The position numbers were made by a program, and so were the translations under genes. Source: Hamiltosporidium tvaerminnensis FI-OER-3-3 (Eukaryota; Fungi; Microsporidia). Taken from it: a stretch of 64,000 bases of DNA. How positions within the stretch are numbered: position 1 is the stretch's first letter; each line of letters begins with the position of its first letter. The DNA is taken from assembly GCA_022605425.2 (NCBI GenBank), contig CM061246.1, forward strand, positions 62,001 through 126,000, in the 5' to 3' direction. Below are positions 1-13,168 of the stretch, piece after piece. Under the pieces are notes generated by a model, which saw nothing but the letters and a program-made list of their open reading frames with translations, ran no database searches and was not told the origin of the DNA.

Positions 1-433
1 GGAGCGCGGATCATTAACACTCTTTATGTAAGGGCTACAACAGTAAGAGATAAGTCAATCCTAAAGGGGTGATACTTTTATTATAAACTAGCAGTGAGCA
101 TAAAAGATGATGGGGACTGACGAGTAGATAAAGGATGTTGTTTTCTTGCCTATTTAGGATTATGTATGATGATCGTTAGGGAGTTTTAGATTGATTGAAT
201 ATAGCCTGAGCCTAAAAGAAGTTAATTCCTGCAGGATAAAGTATGACAATAGGACCCCCTTGTTTGATATATAACATAGTCATCGGGTGGCCTTAAGGCT
301 AGGAGAGTAGTTCAGTTAGTTTAAGACGTGTTAATAGAGACCCTAAAACTCTATAGTAAAGGTTAGGGTTAATCATTTCTAGAACTTTCTAGAAACATAA
401 AAATATTTAAATAAAATTTCTTTTTCCTAGCCT
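1..433 (+). mobile_element. 3' end (UTR plus terminal block) of an APE-type LINE unit
   Basis: Ends in TTCTAGAACTTTCTAGAA..AAAATATTTAAATAAAATTT..TTCCTAGCCT, homologous to the blocks at ~1298-1354 and ~6632-6686. Confidence 0.6.
377..394. promoter_or_regulatory. Perfect 4-unit heat-shock-element-like motif
   Basis: TTC-TA-GAA-CT-TTC-TA-GAA fits alternating nGAAn units; 3-unit version at 6632-6644. Confidence 0.45.
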
Positions 434-439
434 AATACG

Positions 440-1354
440 GTAATAATAACCTGCAATATTATCAATTAAGGTTAAGAATGTATACTAAATTTATACGCCC
501 TCATATAGATTATTATACCAGCTGCTCGGTTGTAATAAAAAGTTTAATGAAGGCACTGATAGGATACAAAAAGGCATAATAAAATATCTATATAAAATTT
601 ATTTCAAAACGCCAACGAAGATCTTATACGCATTATTTCGCTTGGAAAATACAAAGCAAATAGCGGATAGACTCAGGAGCAATGTTGCTTATATGATCAT
701 ACACACAAGAAAAACACTTTAAGATGGATATTCAAAACGAATAAATCCAAAATATAAAAAATTTAAAGAAAAATTACAAGTATATCAAGAATATGGTTCA
801 GGGAAATGAATTTAAAGCCAAATATAATAGATGGCAAAAAGAAAATTTGCGTCTTAATTCCCATATCTTTAACTCTTTCGAGAATCTAAGGCAGTACAAA
901 TCCAAAAGGATTCCAACAACAATATTTAAAACTTTTTTAGATATTATTATTCCAGAACATAAAAGAGAAAATATAATTGAAATTTTAGTAAAATTTATTC
1001 AGCATAATATAGATCACCCTAACTTAGCGGGGTTTTTATTGGCCTTATTAATCCACAAGATACGAATTAGCAGGTACGTTAAGGCAGGATTCCCACAAGG
1101 GACGTTACTGCCATATTTAAAAATTTTTTACCAGATAATATTTTAAAGCTGATTAGGTTAAGAAGATGCCAATGAAACAAGACAATCTGGAACCTCAAGG
1201 AATTCCATATGAGGCTTCGTGAAAGTATAAGGGCAGATGAAACTGTAGTAACGGGTGTTATTAATGATACCAGGAGGAGGGGTTAATTGTGTGTAAATTC
1301 TGAAATTTTTCAGAACTTAAAAATATTTAAATAAAATTTTCTTTTCCTAACCCT
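440..1354 (+). mobile_element. 5'-truncated APE-type LINE unit (ORF2 C-terminus, 3' UTR, terminal block)
   Basis: KFIRPHIDY and FLDIIIPEHKRENIIEILVKFIQHNI..PNLAG align with 5300-6090 of the full-length copy; GAACCTCAAGG..ATGAGGCTTCGTG is shared with 6020-6055. Confidence 0.8.
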
Positions 1355-4300
1355 TAAATTCCATTTCAGACAAAAACACCAAAAACAATAAAGAAAAACA
1401 AATGACAAACCAACAACTCGAAGAATAGTACACGAAAGAACAGTGACAGAAAACAAGACAAATTATTCAACGTGCGTTGGATGCAAGACTACATTAAAAA
1501 GCACAATCATACATCCTCAGAAGACGACAAAGACCGCAGATACAGGTATAGAGGGCCATAATAGGATCAGAATCATAAATAAGGAAACGGGGGGTAATAA
1601 CAAGGAAACAACAACAGATCTATCAGGTAATAGCCAGCCTGGTAATACAAGGATACCTTCTAAGGAACATAGTGAGACATAATCTGATCAGATAACATCT
1701 ACATGTAACTCAAGTTTGACAGCAGATCAAGAAAAAAAGTCGAAAATATCAAGGTCTCCAGAAACAATAAGGCTTTCATGGATATCAAAGCTGTCACCCC
1801 ATCCTTTTTTTCAAGACATATAAATAATACTCAAGAACACATTGTCTAAGACACGGGAGAAATAAATTTAAGCTTCTGATTAAGAATGAAAGCAGTGAAG
1901 ATGATAATACAGAAAAAAAGAGTAGGGCAATAAATGACAATAATGAAGAGGAAAAGAACAAGGTAGTGGAAGGAGATAAAAACATCCTAAACACCAAATG
2001 GGATATCAAAAATAGTAAGGTGACTAAGGAATCGGATGCGGTTGATACTACAAGATTGGCAATGATTGAGGACAAGTTGAGTGTTTCTAGGATTGAAGAA
2101 ACAGATATAATAGCGATATGCAGAAGCAAGAACGATATTAAGGAGATAAATACTGAGAAAGCTGAGAAAGAAGGACCAACATACACGCCAAATCCTTTAA
2201 AGAATAGGTTTAGTGCCGAACTCGGAGGAACGGGATATTTAAGACCGAGGCCAAAGATAACGATAAGGATCAGAGAAAAACCAATAAGCCTAAGCCAACC
2301 ACGAAACACAGAAGAATTGAAGAGAATAACAAATGAAGACAGAAAAGACTATGACATATCAACAGATGGTTTAGAAGGATTAATAAGATACAGCGAGAGA
2401 TTAGAACCCAGACTTAAGAACGAGGTAATGAGCCAGAGGCCCGTACATGAGACTAATATATTCAAAAAATAATAGTATAGGGAACCGGGTACCTGAATGT
2501 TCGAAAACGAGGGAAGGAAAGAATGATGTAGTAGATGCAGTAATAACCTGGAGGATAAATGTAAGGAGCAGATGAAATACAAGACAGAAGTAGCCATCAC
2601 AAGTAAGAATAAAGAGCACAAACCAATAATGAATATAAGTTACAGACTTAACAACACGAAACTTAATAAGGAGCAGAAAATTTTAATTACACAAGGAAAT
2701 CTTCATTTACAGTAACAAGGTACATCATTTTATATTTTTGAACATTTCCTTTAAGAGAATTTCTCTATACTGGTTAGCTCTTGAGACAATGGAACCGGGT
2801 AGTAGTAAAGACGTGGTGAATATGGTGTTCCTATCAAAAACCGTTCTAGAAGTAATATGCAAGGAGGGTAAGAAAGAGGCGGTTAATCGTGTTTTCCGAA
2901 ATATAGGAGCAAGGCTTTTAAAGAATTCTCCTGAAGTGGATAGTAATGGGCTCTTTAAAATCAGTGGCTTTTTAGCAAGAATGAAAAGGATCAAATACAG
3001 GAAGAGTAATAATAATTACAAACTTAGAAGACTGGCAGTCAAAGTTCTCAAGAGTAAAGGAAAATAGTTGCACGAAGTAATTGAAAGCCTTAATATTAAA
3101 GCCAATGATATTGAGATGGACAATGTATTGAGTCTTAATACTAAAAATTTTTTTGATAAATAAAATAGGATTTATAAACGTTGGGGGATTATTTGAGATT
3201 AAAACATTTAGGATAAATAACATTTCGAAACAACATAATTTGGATGTCTTGGGTATTTCCGAGACATAGAGAGACGATATAAGACCGATTGCGAAAGGAT
3301 ATAAGATCCTTAGTCTTAAGAAATCTATAAAAGTAAAGACAGATATTCTAATAAAGAAGGGATGATGGTTTTGGGAAAGATTGGATTATGATGCGATACG
3401 ATGAAAGAATTAACTGATGTGGGGGTTTCAATAAAGTGTGATAATAAAATTTTTATATTTATTATTTGTTCTCCTAAAAATTATACTGCTGAAAGTCTAA
3501 AAACGCCACTACCGACTAAACCAAACAAATAATTTTCATTCTAGGTGACTACAACCTAGAAAAAACAAAGCATTCTAAATAGAAGTTTTGAACAATCATG
3601 CTGTGTACGGAGTCTCGGAAATAGACCGAAACTAACAAATTTGCATACAACGATAAACAATCTGACCCTGATAGGATATTTAGTAACTTTCCAGTAAGTA
3701 CTTAAATTATTAAGATTGAAGAAATAAATCATAAACTGTTATTTTTTGAACTATAACTGCCCTATCTAAAGAAAAAATATTACATGAAACTGCTAAAAAT
3801 CCAGAACTAGCAAAATTTATTAGTGAGAAAATTTATATCCTATAAGAAGGAATGAAAATTTAGTAATCAAAAAAACCTTCCTATAGATAAATTTGTACCG
3901 CTCTCCATAATATTATGTTAAAAGCCGTGCGAAGACTAGTAATACATAAGCAGAGCCGAGAAAACTTACATCCTATAATACAGAAGCAAGAAGAAACGCA
4001 AAAGCAAGAAATAATAATCAAGAACTTTTTGATCGCTTTTACAGAGATGTTAAAAGGTTAAGAAAAACCTACCAGAAGCAGACACGAGGGACCTAAAAGT
4101 AGAACATATTGGAATTGAAGCCTCTATACAAGAAGCTATAATAAATTTCATGCACCGCAATAACAAAAACTAACTTTAACAATAAAGTTTTACTTGAAAA
4201 CTTTATTCTAGATGGAAAAATAATAAGCATAACAAAAACTATTGAATGGATCAAAAACTACAAGAACAATACTTGGAATAAAACGTGATATCAGGACAAA

Positions 4301-6688
4301 CAAAATTAATTCAGTGAGTGAGGAAGAAGTATGCAATTACATCAAAACACTCAAGAAAGACAAAACAAGCGGAATCAGTTGTATTAAAATGAGTTCCTAA
4401 CGCTATACCTTGCTAACTTGTAAACGTACTAACAGAGATGTATCACCTCAAAATAACGTATATATGATATTCCCAAGGCTTGGAAGAAGCACATCATTGA
4501 ACCGATACTGAAAAGCAAAAAAACAAAACCAATACTAAAATAGAGAAACCCGAAAACTGTTGGTGAAATTAATTATAAAAAGTTTTGGCATTAAACGTTC
4601 AAGACAGCAAGCGGGGTTTAAAAGAGAACAACCAACATTAAATCACGCATTAAACCTCGAAACTCGTCTTATACATAGTAAGGAGAAAGAATATGTGATA
4701 AACTTGATATTTTTAAAACATATGACAGCATTTACCGGAAAAACACTATAAGAAACTCATGATTAATCAGAGGTTTAATAGAGAAGAGACTAGTCTGATA
4801 GTTGCGCTAATTAAAGACGATTAATACAGGATTAATACCCTCGTAGATAACAATGACTAGAAAACAGCCGCTGGGAGTACCAAAAGGCAGCATAATACCA
4901 CTAATAGAATTTAACAAATTCATAGATGACATACCCCGAAAGATATCTAAATACTTAGAACCGACATATTTACATATGCAGACGATATTCTTCTCTTTTG
5001 TTGCGACCAAAAAACATCTAGTTTATGATGAATCAATGTCAGGAGCATGTTATTAAAAAAAATATAAACTATATCCCAATAAATGCTTCTATAACGCATC
5101 GACTGAATATGAATTTTACATAGATAAGGTAAAGATAAAGAAACAGGCCCCTTTAAAATACATAATATATTTCTTTAATAAAAAATGTGCCGATACCCAA
5201 AAAAGTAAAAACAATAAGACAAAAAGCGATAAAAGTAGCCGTCATACCATATAAGATACTTAAAAATAGCGAATTTAGCAGAAAACAAAGTATGCACACT
5301 TGAGCTTTAGAGCATACAAAACTTTTATAAGACCACACATAGATTACTTTTCTCAACTCCTTGGATGCAATAAAACATCTATCGAAGGAACAGATAGAAA
5401 ACAGAAAAGCTCTACAAATACCTGTTTACGATATATTACAAGATGCCTAGTAAGATTCCATATGCCATTTTTCCAATTGAAGATTCAACACAAAGAGCAA
5501 GAAGACTCAGAGGTAATATTGCACACAAAATCATAAATTCTAGAAAAACTCTTTTAAGGCATATTTCAAACCAACAGGTATTAGAATATTAAAGATTTAA
5601 AGAAACAATATAGGTTAATTAAATTTTTGTTAACGGGCAGTGAATTCTACGCCGACTATAAAAAAACGGCATAAAGAAAATCTACGGCTCAATCTAAGAA
5701 TATTCAATGGTCTTCTTCGTTAAGATCTTACAATTTTAAAATGATAACTTCACAAAAATTTAGATAAATTTTAGACATCATCAGCCCAGAGCGTAAAAGA
5801 GAAAACAAAGTTGATATTTTAATTAAGTTTATTCAGCATAATATAGGCCTGCTAACCTAGCAGGGTTAGTATTAGCCTTATTAATCTACAAGATCGAACT
5901 ACCATATATGTAAAAGACGGGAGCTCGAGAGGGACATTACTGCCATATCTAACTATTTTAAACAGATAACACATTGGAGCAGATCAAGGTGAGGAGACAC
6001 CCATGAAACAAGACAATGTGGAACCTCAAGGAGTTTTCAGATGAGGCTTCGTGGAAGTATAAGGCCCACATGAAACTGGTAGTAACAGGTGATAATTATC
6101 ATCTAGAGGGGGGGTGTTAACTGAGAGTGAGTTCTCAGAATCTAGTCGCAACAATTAAAGGGGTGTTATTCATAATGCTACTAGGGGGTGTTAGCATAGG
6201 AGAGTGACCTAAGGGGTGTTAACTACTAAAAAGGTGGTAGTTTGACATCAGTATTAAAGGAGTGTTAACCATAGTCCAGTGGCTTAAAGGGTGTTAAGTA
6301 CGACACAGCTACTAAATGGGTGTTAGTGTACCGTCAATAGCAAAGGGATGTTAATCATGTGAACCTGTTTAAGGGGGTGTTAAGTATATGACAAGTATTA
6401 AAAGAGTGTTAGTTTAGCCTTAGTAGTAAATAAGTGTTAGCCATTGGACAGTGGTGCATAAGGGGGTTAAGTACGATGCAGCTGCTAAGGGGTGTTAGTT
6501 AAAACTTAGTAGTAAAGGGGTGTTAACTGTGTGAGCGTGACTAATTGGGTGTTAAGTATAAGACAAGTACTAAGGGGGTTTTAAGCTCCTTCAGCAGTAT
6601 TTATATGCAGAGGGGTGTTAGTTGTATGCAGTTCTAGAATTTTCTAAAAATTTTAAAATATTGAAATAAAATTTACTTTTCTATTCAA
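1355..6688 (+). mobile_element. Near full-length degenerate APE-type non-LTR retrotransposon (ORF1 relics ~1400-3100; ORF2 APE+RT ~3170-6090)
   Basis: APE motifs INVGG..DVLGISET (~3175-3265) and ILGDYN (~3538); RT motifs QQAGFKR (~4605), GVPKGS (~4874) and YADDI (~4975-4989); many stops and frameshifts. Confidence 0.85.
6108..6622 (+). repeat. ~29-bp-period minisatellite with a GGGGTGTTA core (~18 units) in the LINE 3' UTR
   Basis: Core recurs at ~6212, 6258, 6288, 6317, 6344, 6373, 6403, 6432, 6462, 6488, 6516, 6547; spacers re-match at 86 and 172-173 bp offsets. Confidence 0.9.
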
Positions 6689-7670
6689 AAATCAAAGAAG
6701 AAAATCTAAGACTGAACTATAAGTCTTTGAATGGAACAAAATTCCTAAATAATATAACTTTAAACAACAATCAACAACAAATATCAATAAATTACCTAGA
6801 ATCTTGGATTCGATAAATAAATACAAAGATCTTGTTGAAATCTTGATAAAATTCATGCAAGCAAATATGGGCCAATCTATGCGCGAAGGTTGGTTACTGG
6901 CCTGATAACCAAACAAATAACGAAACGAATCGCGATAGGGCGGGGAGCCATTTTATACAAAACCGCCGTATTTAAATAATTTTAAACAAATAACACTGGA
7001 AACAGACAAATCTAGATATTATAGAAATACTGATTTTTAAAGGGGGTAAATGATATGACAATGGAGCTCTCTAAACCTATTAAAGATAGAGAATAAAGGG
7101 TGTTAATTTACCGAGTACCTTACTCTTAAGGGTGTTAATGATAAGAGACTGCGGCCTCTACAACACTACTTTACATACATTAAGAGTGTGTTAACCCAAT
7201 GTGATATAAGCCAACCTGGAGCGTGTTAAGTAAAAGGAAATTCTAATGATTAAGACCATTTAAATGGGTAGGAATTATGTCGCTTGTAAAGGGGTCTTAG
7301 ATATATGTGTGTTGGGTTGTTATATTGCACTCAAAAAACCTGTTTCTTTAATGTGGGTATATTACTTAGAAGAAATCCAGGGGTGCGTGTAAATAAGACC
7401 CCCTTGGAGTATTGGGATAAATGGGTGTTATTTCTATGGGATTGTACTGTGTCCTAATACCCCCTTGTTTTTTTTATTTCTAATGGGGTGTTAGACAAGG
7501 GCCATTGGGGGCACGATTAATACCTTTTAATTTTAGTGGTTTTTATAGGTTTAGTTGTGGTGTCTGAAGGTGTATTTTTCTTTGTATGGTGTGTCGCTGA
7601 AATTTCTAAATTTTCTTTGGAAATTTTAGACACGTAATATTATTAAATAAATTTCTTATTCCTTCATTTA
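6689..7670 (+). mobile_element. Heavily 5'-truncated, divergent APE-LINE unit
   Basis: VEILIKFMQAN-like coding relic (~6835) matches the ORF2 C-terminus; GGGTGTTA motifs at 7098-7493; degenerate terminal block at ~7598-7667. Confidence 0.6.
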
Positions 7671-10600
7671 AATAAAGTGGATATTAGTTTGCATGAGGTT
7701 GTTAAATTCAAATTAAATTGACAAATAAAGGGGTAGTAGAAATAAAAATTTGACTTCTAAAGAATTTTCATTTTCCTTCTGGCCTTCATAGTAAGTCAAA
7801 CCCTTTAACAGATGAATAATAAAGTAATCTAATCGATGTTTTTCCAAATTTTTCAAAAAAAAATTGCCTTTCAAAATATCTGGATGTTGAATATAACTCT
7901 TTGCAGACTTGGTATATTATCACCCCTTGTATTATTGAGTAGCTGTTTTTTAACTAAGAATTAAAATAGTTTTTTTGTTTTTCAAATTTTAAACAATATT
8001 TTTGTCATCTAAAACTTGTTTTAAAGAAAAAAAATGAAGTCATGAAATCAGTATTGGACCTCTAAGCTTCTGGTTTTGTATATTATTATAAAAAAAACAT
8101 CTTATGACATATATAAAAAAGAAGAATCGAATCTTAAAAATTTTCGAAAAGGATAGTTGAGGGTGGAAAAAATAAATTAAAAACGGAAACTGTTTTTTTA
8201 TTAATCTTAATATTTTTTTCTTATGCATGCTTATATTGTTTAGGCTGTTACCTTGTTTCGTTTACAATGTTTTTTTAATTATCTTTTTCTATCTCTGAGT
8301 CAATGCGTTGAATTCACCTATTTTTTCACATTTAAGTTTTTAATCTTTGACTTTTTTTCTTAATTGGGTCTCTTATATGACATTATGGTCTAATAAATAA
8401 GTTTCTTTGCCCAAAAAATTACTTCTCTTGGATATGTCGTTTCCTAAGCTCTTATTAGGTCTTGTTTCTGGATTTTGACCCTTCTGTTGATTAATATAAA
8501 TTATTTTAATATAATTTACACTTGACTGATTCAAGATTTATTTTTATTTGTAAATAAGTTTTCTTAATCTAAAATTCATGGCATTTAGTACATACCGACT
8601 CGACTTACGGTAATATGGCTTTTTCTATTATACAAATAAATATTATTCATTATTTCGAAATTAATTTTTATTACCAGTTGGACTGTTTCAAGTTAATCTT
8701 GGGATTATAATTTCTATTTAAAAAAGGTTTGTCTGGTTTTTATTATCTTCTAAAATAATTTGAGTTATTTTTTTCATTTTCACATGATTTTTCGTTCGCT
8801 TCTATATTCTCACCAAAGATAATTTTTCTAATCTTCCTGGCGTTTTCTTCTGATTTGTTATTAGACGATTTATATTATCTAATGGCTTGCAATATATCTT
8901 TATTAGGGCTTTATTTTGCGTTTTTTGTTCCTATGTTCCTCAAATTTCTTCAAAATAACTTTGAGTATCTCAATTTTTTACCGGATTAGTCTCACTTTTT
9001 ACTTGGTTAGTTCTTTATAATATATTTTTATCTTTATTATAGCAGAAACATCAATTATGTGTCTTCTCATTTAGTCATCTTGAGGAATCACAAATAATTA
9101 CAAGCGTATTATTTAGAATTAAAAAACTTCAAGTAAAATTTTCGCTGCTATATTTCTTTATTCTATTAAATTTATTCTATCCTGCAAATTTTTTTATTTA
9201 GACTTATTCCGCTAATTATAATTAGCACTTGAGGAAATATTTTTCGTGCAAGATGTGTTATAAAATTGTTTCTCTTAAAATACTTCTGCTTTTGAATTAT
9301 AATATGTCTTGGTTTTTTATATGAAAAATTATCCTTGGATTTATATTTTCGCGCGTATCTCAAATATATTTAGACATCTTCTAATGATTTGTGAAAGTAC
9401 AAACGGCTTTGTCATTCCTGGGGTAGACACTTTTTTTATGCTAGAATCGGATTCTTTACATTATAAATTTTGAAAATAACTTTTATATACCAAAATAAGT
9501 AATCTTAAATAATTTTCGGGTTTACTTTTATTCTGCAATTCAAACCCTTTTTGGCGTAAAAATTTGTTAGACAAATCTGTTTATATGAAACATATATATA
9601 GCGTTAAAAAAAACAAATTCTCTTATTTTCTAATCTATTGTTTCGGACATATCTGAATTCATTTTTTTATGTTCGTTTTAGATTATTTTAAAGTTATTTG
9701 AAGGCGAGTTAATTTTTGTCAAAAAATTGTTTGTAATAAATCTATGGTTGTATTATTAAAATACATTTTTCGAATTATACTTCGATAGCGAAAAAAACAG
9801 AACTTTTTGGACAAATACATGAATATGTCTAAGTTAAATACAGGAAGGGAAAAGTATTTGTGGTAAAATATGATAATGTGTTGAAATCTTGAAAATTCTC
9901 ACAACTCGTTGCGACACGCTTTCTATAACCTTTCAGATATGACCATAATAAATGTCATGGCAATGGAATTCTTCTGTATCTAGTCCTCAATAAACACGAA
10001 TTTTAACTTTCAAAACGCATCAAAATTCACCTGTTCCACTATTTTTTCTAGATTTTATTTCCAAAATTGATTATATTTTGGTAAATACAAATACCGAAAT
10101 AGAAACCCAAACAATGATCGATTTATTGTTCAGAATATATTTAATAGATACCTCAAATTTTGTCGGAAATACATATCAAGTTTTTTCCAAATTTTGCAAT
10201 TTTAGAGGCATTGTGATTTTATACAAGTTTACAATGAAATGAGTCTTTTGTATAAAATTTAAAAACACTTATTATTGTTCAACGATTCTGTTTTAACACT
10301 TTTCTATATAGAGTTTATACTGAACTCAAGATAAATAGTGCAATAGAAGCATATTTAAATTTAATATCACTTGAAAAAAATGTTCTGAATCCTTTTTTTT
10401 ATAACCTAAGAAGAAATTTGGTAACAATAAAAAAATACAGATGAGCAAAAAAAATATTAAAAATATTCTGTAAAGTGTGAATATGCATTGGAAATTTGAA
10501 ACAAAAAAATTTCTAATTTTTGGAACTAAAATTCGAGATAAACTAAAAAAATGTTCAATTATCTGATAGGCTTGTGAAAATTCAAATGAAAAAAAACGAA

Positions 10601-11434
10601 TAAAAAAAAAGGGTGGAATCACTTACATAATAATACAAAATTGGCATCAGATTTATTTTATTAGATTAGGCTTTTTCACTTCTAAATTTCTAAAAAAACA
10701 TATTCAATAAAAAATGAATATGTAACTCTTTTAACTTGTTATCTTGTGTTTTTACTAAATACTTAAACAAATTTAATATATTTAGACTATTATTTTAGGC
10801 TTGTAAATCTGCATATAGTATTAGAATATAATTAAACCTGTGTCTCAAGTAACAATTTATGTGTTTTTAAATGATTTTCAAATTTTTGGAAATTTAGCAG
10901 CAAACTATTTTATTTTAAAACTTAAACATATTTAAGCATTTTTTGGTTAAAATTTGTGATTTACAACTTTTCATAACAAAAAAAAATATAGGTAATTTTC
11001 TAACATATTTTATACATTATCACTTCAATGTAGTAGTTTTCGACTTGAAAAAATCCAATGTTTAATCAACTGTTTGAATTTTGTTTCTATAAAATTTTTC
11101 TTTACTCTATAATTAATTCAAGGTTTTGGCCCAATATCCATATAAACTTCATAACCTTTAGGGTTTTAAAAATAACAAATTATTCGTAAATTCAACTTCT
11201 ATTTAGCAAAATATATTTAAAAAAAAATTAAATCAACTCTTTTCCTAGACTTATGATTCGTTTTCCCAGAAAAATTTAAATTTTAATTACCAAAAATAAA
11301 TATTTAACTTTGAAATTCTATACATTAATTTATAAAAATTATTCAAAGAAGCATTTAATTAAACCAATGACAAATTAATTTTTTATATTTTATTATTTGG
11401 TTTCGGATGTCTATTTCAATCAAAATTCTAAAAG

Positions 11435-12247
11435 CTAATATTTTTCAAGAAAGTCTTCTTTTGAAATAATTTTATTGCAGAATTCATAATTTTCATAATC
11501 AATATCAAATATATAACCATTCGCTTTATCAATAATTTGCTGCAAATATATTAAAGTATCCATATTATTATAATCCAAGATTTCAAATATAATCAATGAT
11601 TCATTTTCTATTACTTCTATCATATTTTTATACAATAATGCTTTTGTATCTTTTTCGTTTAATAATTCTTTAAGATTCCTACACATAATTATATCAGACA
11701 ATTTCAATTGTAATTTGTAATTTTTTAAATTATCACATTTTGAAATAACTGTAATATGTGGTGCTTCTAAAAGTATCATTGATATTGTTGTTAGTAAATA
11801 AGTCGAAATCAGTGCATGCTTGTCCACAAAAAATACAGAATCTACTAAATTTACTACTGTTAATCCAATACCTTGTTTCATTAAAATCCCAATAAATCTT
11901 TTTAGCGAAGAATCAGTCATAAAAAATTCAACCTGGCCTGGGCAGTCAAACAAAAAATAACTGTCCTCACATTTTTTGATTATCTCATCAAAGATTTCTT
12001 TAAATGAATTTGTAAAGTTGTTAATTATTTCTTTAACAGCTAAATTTGGTCCGGTTTTATATTTTTTCATATATTCTTTTGTGGTATCGAAATTTCTAAT
12101 ATCATAATGATATCCTACTAATATTTCGTTGCCTGGATCTAAATTCACAATGTATAGATTTCTATTTTTTAAGAATTCCTTTTTTCTTAAAATATAAGTT
12201 GTTTTACCACCACCAGGTGGTCCAATGATTACTTCTGCAAATGCCAT
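11435..12247 (-). CDS. GPN2: GPN-loop GTPase 2
   Basis: GPPGGGKTT P-loop, NLDP, GPN loop, FDCPGQVE; start set at the ATG of MAFAEV (12247), which follows a CCC motif. Confidence 0.85.
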   Translation of the reverse strand: MAFAEVIIGPPGGGKTTYILRKKEFLKNRNLYIVNLDPGNEILVGYHYDIRNFDTTKEYMKKYKTGPNLAVKEIINNFTNSFKEIFDEIIKKCEDSYFLFDCPGQVEFFMTDSSLKRFIGILMKQGIGLTVVNLVDSVFFVDKHALISTYLLTTISMILLEAPHITVISKCDNLKNYKLQLKLSDIIMCRNLKELLNEKDTKALLYKNMIEVIENESLIIFEILDYNNMDTLIYLQQIIDKANGYIFDIDYENYEFCNKIISKEDFLEKY

Positions 12248-12523
12248 GAGGGAATAAATTATTTTTTTAAAAAACACTTTTTAGAACCGCGTAAATTACC
12301 AGTAAATTTTTTTGTTTATTTCTAAAATTTTACAGATTGAAATTTAGTTTTTAGAATCCCGTAATACCAAATAAAATGCGATTTTTTGGCTTTGTTTATT
12401 CTTATAGGTGGAAAAATATTTGAAAAGAAAAATAATTTGTCAAATTAAATCACTATCTGATACGAAACTGTCACATATTGTGAAACACCAATTTAAAATA
12501 CGGTAGAATTTTCAAAAAGGGGA

Positions 12524-13168
12524 ATGTCCACATCTGTTAAGAAAACTTCGGAAAAATACGACTATCTATTCAAAATTGTTCTCATAGGAGATTCCGGTGT
12601 CGGAAAAACAAATTTACTAACAAAACTTACAAAGGATGTATTTTCTACCGATAGTAAAGCTACTATCGGTGTAGAATTTGCTACAATGTCTTTTGACTTA
12701 AAAGATGCGGTTATAAAAGCACAAATATGGGATACTGCTGGACAAGAGAGATACCGCGCAATAACATCTGCATATTATAGAGGAACTCTCGGTGCTTTAA
12801 TTGTTTACGATGTAACTAAAAAAATTACATTTAAAAGTGCAATTAACCAGTGGCTCGATCAACTACGCCAACATTCTCAAGAAAATATATCAATTATGCT
12901 TATAGGGAATAAAACTGATTTGGAAAATCAAAGAGAAGTAACAAAAGCCCAAGGAAATGATATAGCGGTACAAAATAATCTTTCTTTCATCGAAACATCA
13001 GCTTATTCAGGAGAAAATGTAGCAGAGGCATTTAAACAATTGGTAGTGAAAGTTTATGAAATTAATAAAGCAAAAGAACAAGCTAATATGCGAAAAGGTA
13101 TGGTAAAAAATCAATATAAAGGCGTACCCTTAAGAAAACCAAAAAAGAAAAATTCAGGTTGTTGTTAA
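12524..13168 (+). CDS. RAB11: Rab11/Ypt31-family GTPase
   Basis: [46 protein letters not shown]-terminal CC. Confidence 0.93.
   Translation: MSTSVKKTSEKYDYLFKIVLIGDSGVGKTNLLTKLTKDVFSTDSKATIGVEFATMSFDLKDAVIKAQIWDTAGQERYRAITSAYYRGTLGALIVYDVTKKITFKSAINQWLDQLRQHSQENISIMLIGNKTDLENQREVTKAQGNDIAVQNNLSFIETSAYSGENVAEAFKQLVVKVYEINKAKEQANMRKGMVKNQYKGVPLRKPKKKNSGCC

Noticed and set aside
360-372. GGTTAGGGTTA as a telomere (also CCTAACCCT at ~1346)
   Set aside because: Fewer than two units; not an array
6035-6080. Hammerhead-like CAGATGAG..GAAAC (also ~1205-1245)
   Set aside because: Core deviates from CUGANGA and no closing helices are evident
6108-6622. CRISPR-like repeat-spacer array
   Set aside because: Core is only ~9 bp, spacers are related to each other, the context is eukaryotic and there are no cas genes
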